A DNA stretch of 62,373 nucleotides from Candidatus Acidiferrales bacterium (GTDB taxonomy: Bacteria; Acidobacteriota; Terriglobia; Acidiferrales; UBA7541), in NCBI GenBank assembly GCA_035279805.1, contig DATEHB010000125.1, forward strand, positions 1-62,373. Reading direction: 5' to 3'. A program made the position numbers and the translations under genes. Below, one piece after another: positions 61,072 through 62,373 of the stretch (position 1 is its first letter; each line of letters opens with the position of its first letter). Below the pieces are notes generated by a model, which was not told the origin of the DNA, searched no databases, and was given only the letters and a program-made list of their open reading frames with translations.

Positions 61072-62373
61072 ATGAATCCTGATGGACATATTGCCGAGGC
61101 GCTTACTTTTGACGACGTGCTGTTGCTGCCGGGCAAGTCATCGGTGCTGCCCGCGGAGGCAGACACGCGCACATGCCTGTCGCGCAAGCTGGCGCTGAAT
61201 ATTCCGGTCGTGGCGGCGGCAATGGACACCGTGACGGAATCGCGCCTGGCAATTGCGTTGGCGCGCCAGGGGGGCTTCGGCTTCGTGCACCGCAACATGA
61301 CCGTGGAGCGCGAAGCGGAGGAAATCGACCGCGTGAAACGATCGGAAAGCGGAATGATCGTCGACCCTGTCACGATTGCACCCGAACTTTCACTGCGGCA
61401 TGCGCTCGACATCATGAACAAGTACAAAGTGTCCGGCTTACCGGTGACGCGGGGAACGAAGCTCGTCGGAATCCTGACGAACCGCGATCTGCGCTTCGAG
61501 CGCAATCTCGATCAGCCGGTGCGCGCGGTGATGACGAAAGACAATTTGATCACTGTCGCCGTCGGCACCACGCTCGACGAAGCGGAGCGCCTGCTCCAAC
61601 AGCACCGCATCGAAAAGTTGCTGGTGGTCGACAAGGATTTCAATCTGAAAGGGCTGATCACCGTCAAAGATATCCAGAAGAAAATCGAATTCCCGGTTGC
61701 GGCGAAAGATGAGCATGGGCGCCTGCGCGTCGGGGCCGCCATTGGCGCGACGGGAGATTTTCTGGAGCGCGCCGTCGAGATGGCAAAAGCTGGAGCGGAT
61801 GCGCTTGCGATCGACACGGCGCATGGTCATTCCGTTCGCGTGATGGACGCGATCAAGAAAGTGAAACAACGCTTGCCGGAAATGCAGCTCCTGGCCGGCA
61901 ACGTCGCAACGGAACACGGCGCGCGCGAGTTGATATCGCTGGGCATCGACGGAATTAAAGTGGGCGTGGGACCGGGATCGATCTGCACGACGCGCGTGGT
62001 GACTGGCGCTGGCGTGCCGCAAATTACAGCGATTCTTGAAACCTCACGCGCCGCGCAAGGGACAGGCGTCCCGATTATTGCTGATGGCGGAATCAAGTTT
62101 TCCGGCGATATCACAAAGGCGCTAGCCGCCGGAGCGTCCACGGTGATGATTGGCGGGCTCTTCGCGGGTACCGAGGAAGCGCCCGGCGAAACGATTTTAT
62201 ATCAGGGCCGTACGTACAAATCGTATCGTGGGATGGGGTCGCTGGGCGCGATGGAGGCGGGATCGGCTGACCGCTATTCGCAAGAGTGCGCGGAGCGGGG
62301 CAAGTCCGTGCCGGAAGGAATCGAGGGACAAGTGCCCTATAAAGGGCCTCTCTCGGGGCTTGTGGAGCAGCTT
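61072..62373 (+). CDS. guaB: IMP dehydrogenase, N-terminal 434 codons; the 3' end lies outside the window
   Basis: Missing from the ORF track (open at the window edge). My translation gives [23 protein letters not shown]...[25 protein letters not shown]..., a CBS pair, and the catalytic loop [17 protein letters not shown]...[15 protein letters not shown] lies 7 nt upstream of the ATG. Confidence 0.95.
   Translation, partial: MNPDGHIAEALTFDDVLLLPGKSSVLPAEADTRTCLSRKLALNIPVVAAAMDTVTESRLAIALARQGGFGFVHRNMTVEREAEEIDRVKRSESGMIVDPVTIAPELSLRHALDIMNKYKVSGLPVTRGTKLVGILTNRDLRFERNLDQPVRAVMTKDNLITVAVGTTLDEAERLLQQHRIEKLLVVDKDFNLKGLITVKDIQKKIEFPVAAKDEHGRLRVGAAIGATGDFLERAVEMAKAGADALAIDTAHGHSVRVMDAIKKVKQRLPEMQLLAGNVATEHGARELISLGIDGIKVGVGPGSICTTRVVTGAGVPQITAILETSRAAQGTGVPIIADGGIKFSGDITKALAAGASTVMIGGLFAGTEEAPGETILYQGRTYKSYRGMGSLGAMEAGSADRYSQECAERGKSVPEGIEGQVPYKGPLSGLVEQL

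Overview
This 62.4-kb window is high-GC (by eye roughly 57-60%) and about 90% coding. It looks like chromosomal core from a diderm bacterium, since BamD, LptE, a SurA-like chaperone and MlaDEF are all present. I call 61 protein-coding genes, two of them truncated at the window edges and therefore missing from the ORF track, plus one tRNA-Leu(CAA). The genes are mostly housekeeping: phoH-ybeY-corC, rpsT, holA, psd-pssA, t6A genes tsaB/rimI/tsaD, carD, mfd, galU, rsmI, aroC, def-fmt-rsmB-rpe, bamD, valS, birA, coaX, rlmD, comEC and guaB. TTG/GTG starts are frequent and many neighbouring genes overlap by 1-17 nt. This style and gene content would fit an Acidobacteriota-like soil lineage, but I cannot establish taxonomy without a database search. 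I found no rRNA, CRISPR array, transposase, integrase, prophage or recognisable defence or toxin-antitoxin island. I do not see one clear-cut novel system. The most unusual items are listed here. (1) An aspartate-semialdehyde dehydrogenase homologue appears to have lost catalytic Cys and His and sits inside a psd-pssA-X-lptE-holA envelope operon. (2) A J-domain coiled-coil protein is translationally coupled to a cytoplasmic beta-propeller. (3) A kinase-less triple-PASTA membrane protein occupies the position that prkC holds in the Firmicute def-fmt-rsmB...rpe locus. (4) An orphan BlaI-type repressor is coupled into a yhaM-like/dus operon with no BlaR1 sensor. (5) A PilZ / GGDEF / XRE trio lies next to the tRNA and carries shared upstream motifs. 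(6) The guaB leader contains a terminator-like hairpin and a possible upstream ORF. (7) A secreted protein is built from an internal duplication. (8) BamD and a neighbouring response regulator both carry very long low-complexity tails. All functional calls rest on motif and pattern recognition by eye, and no searches were run.
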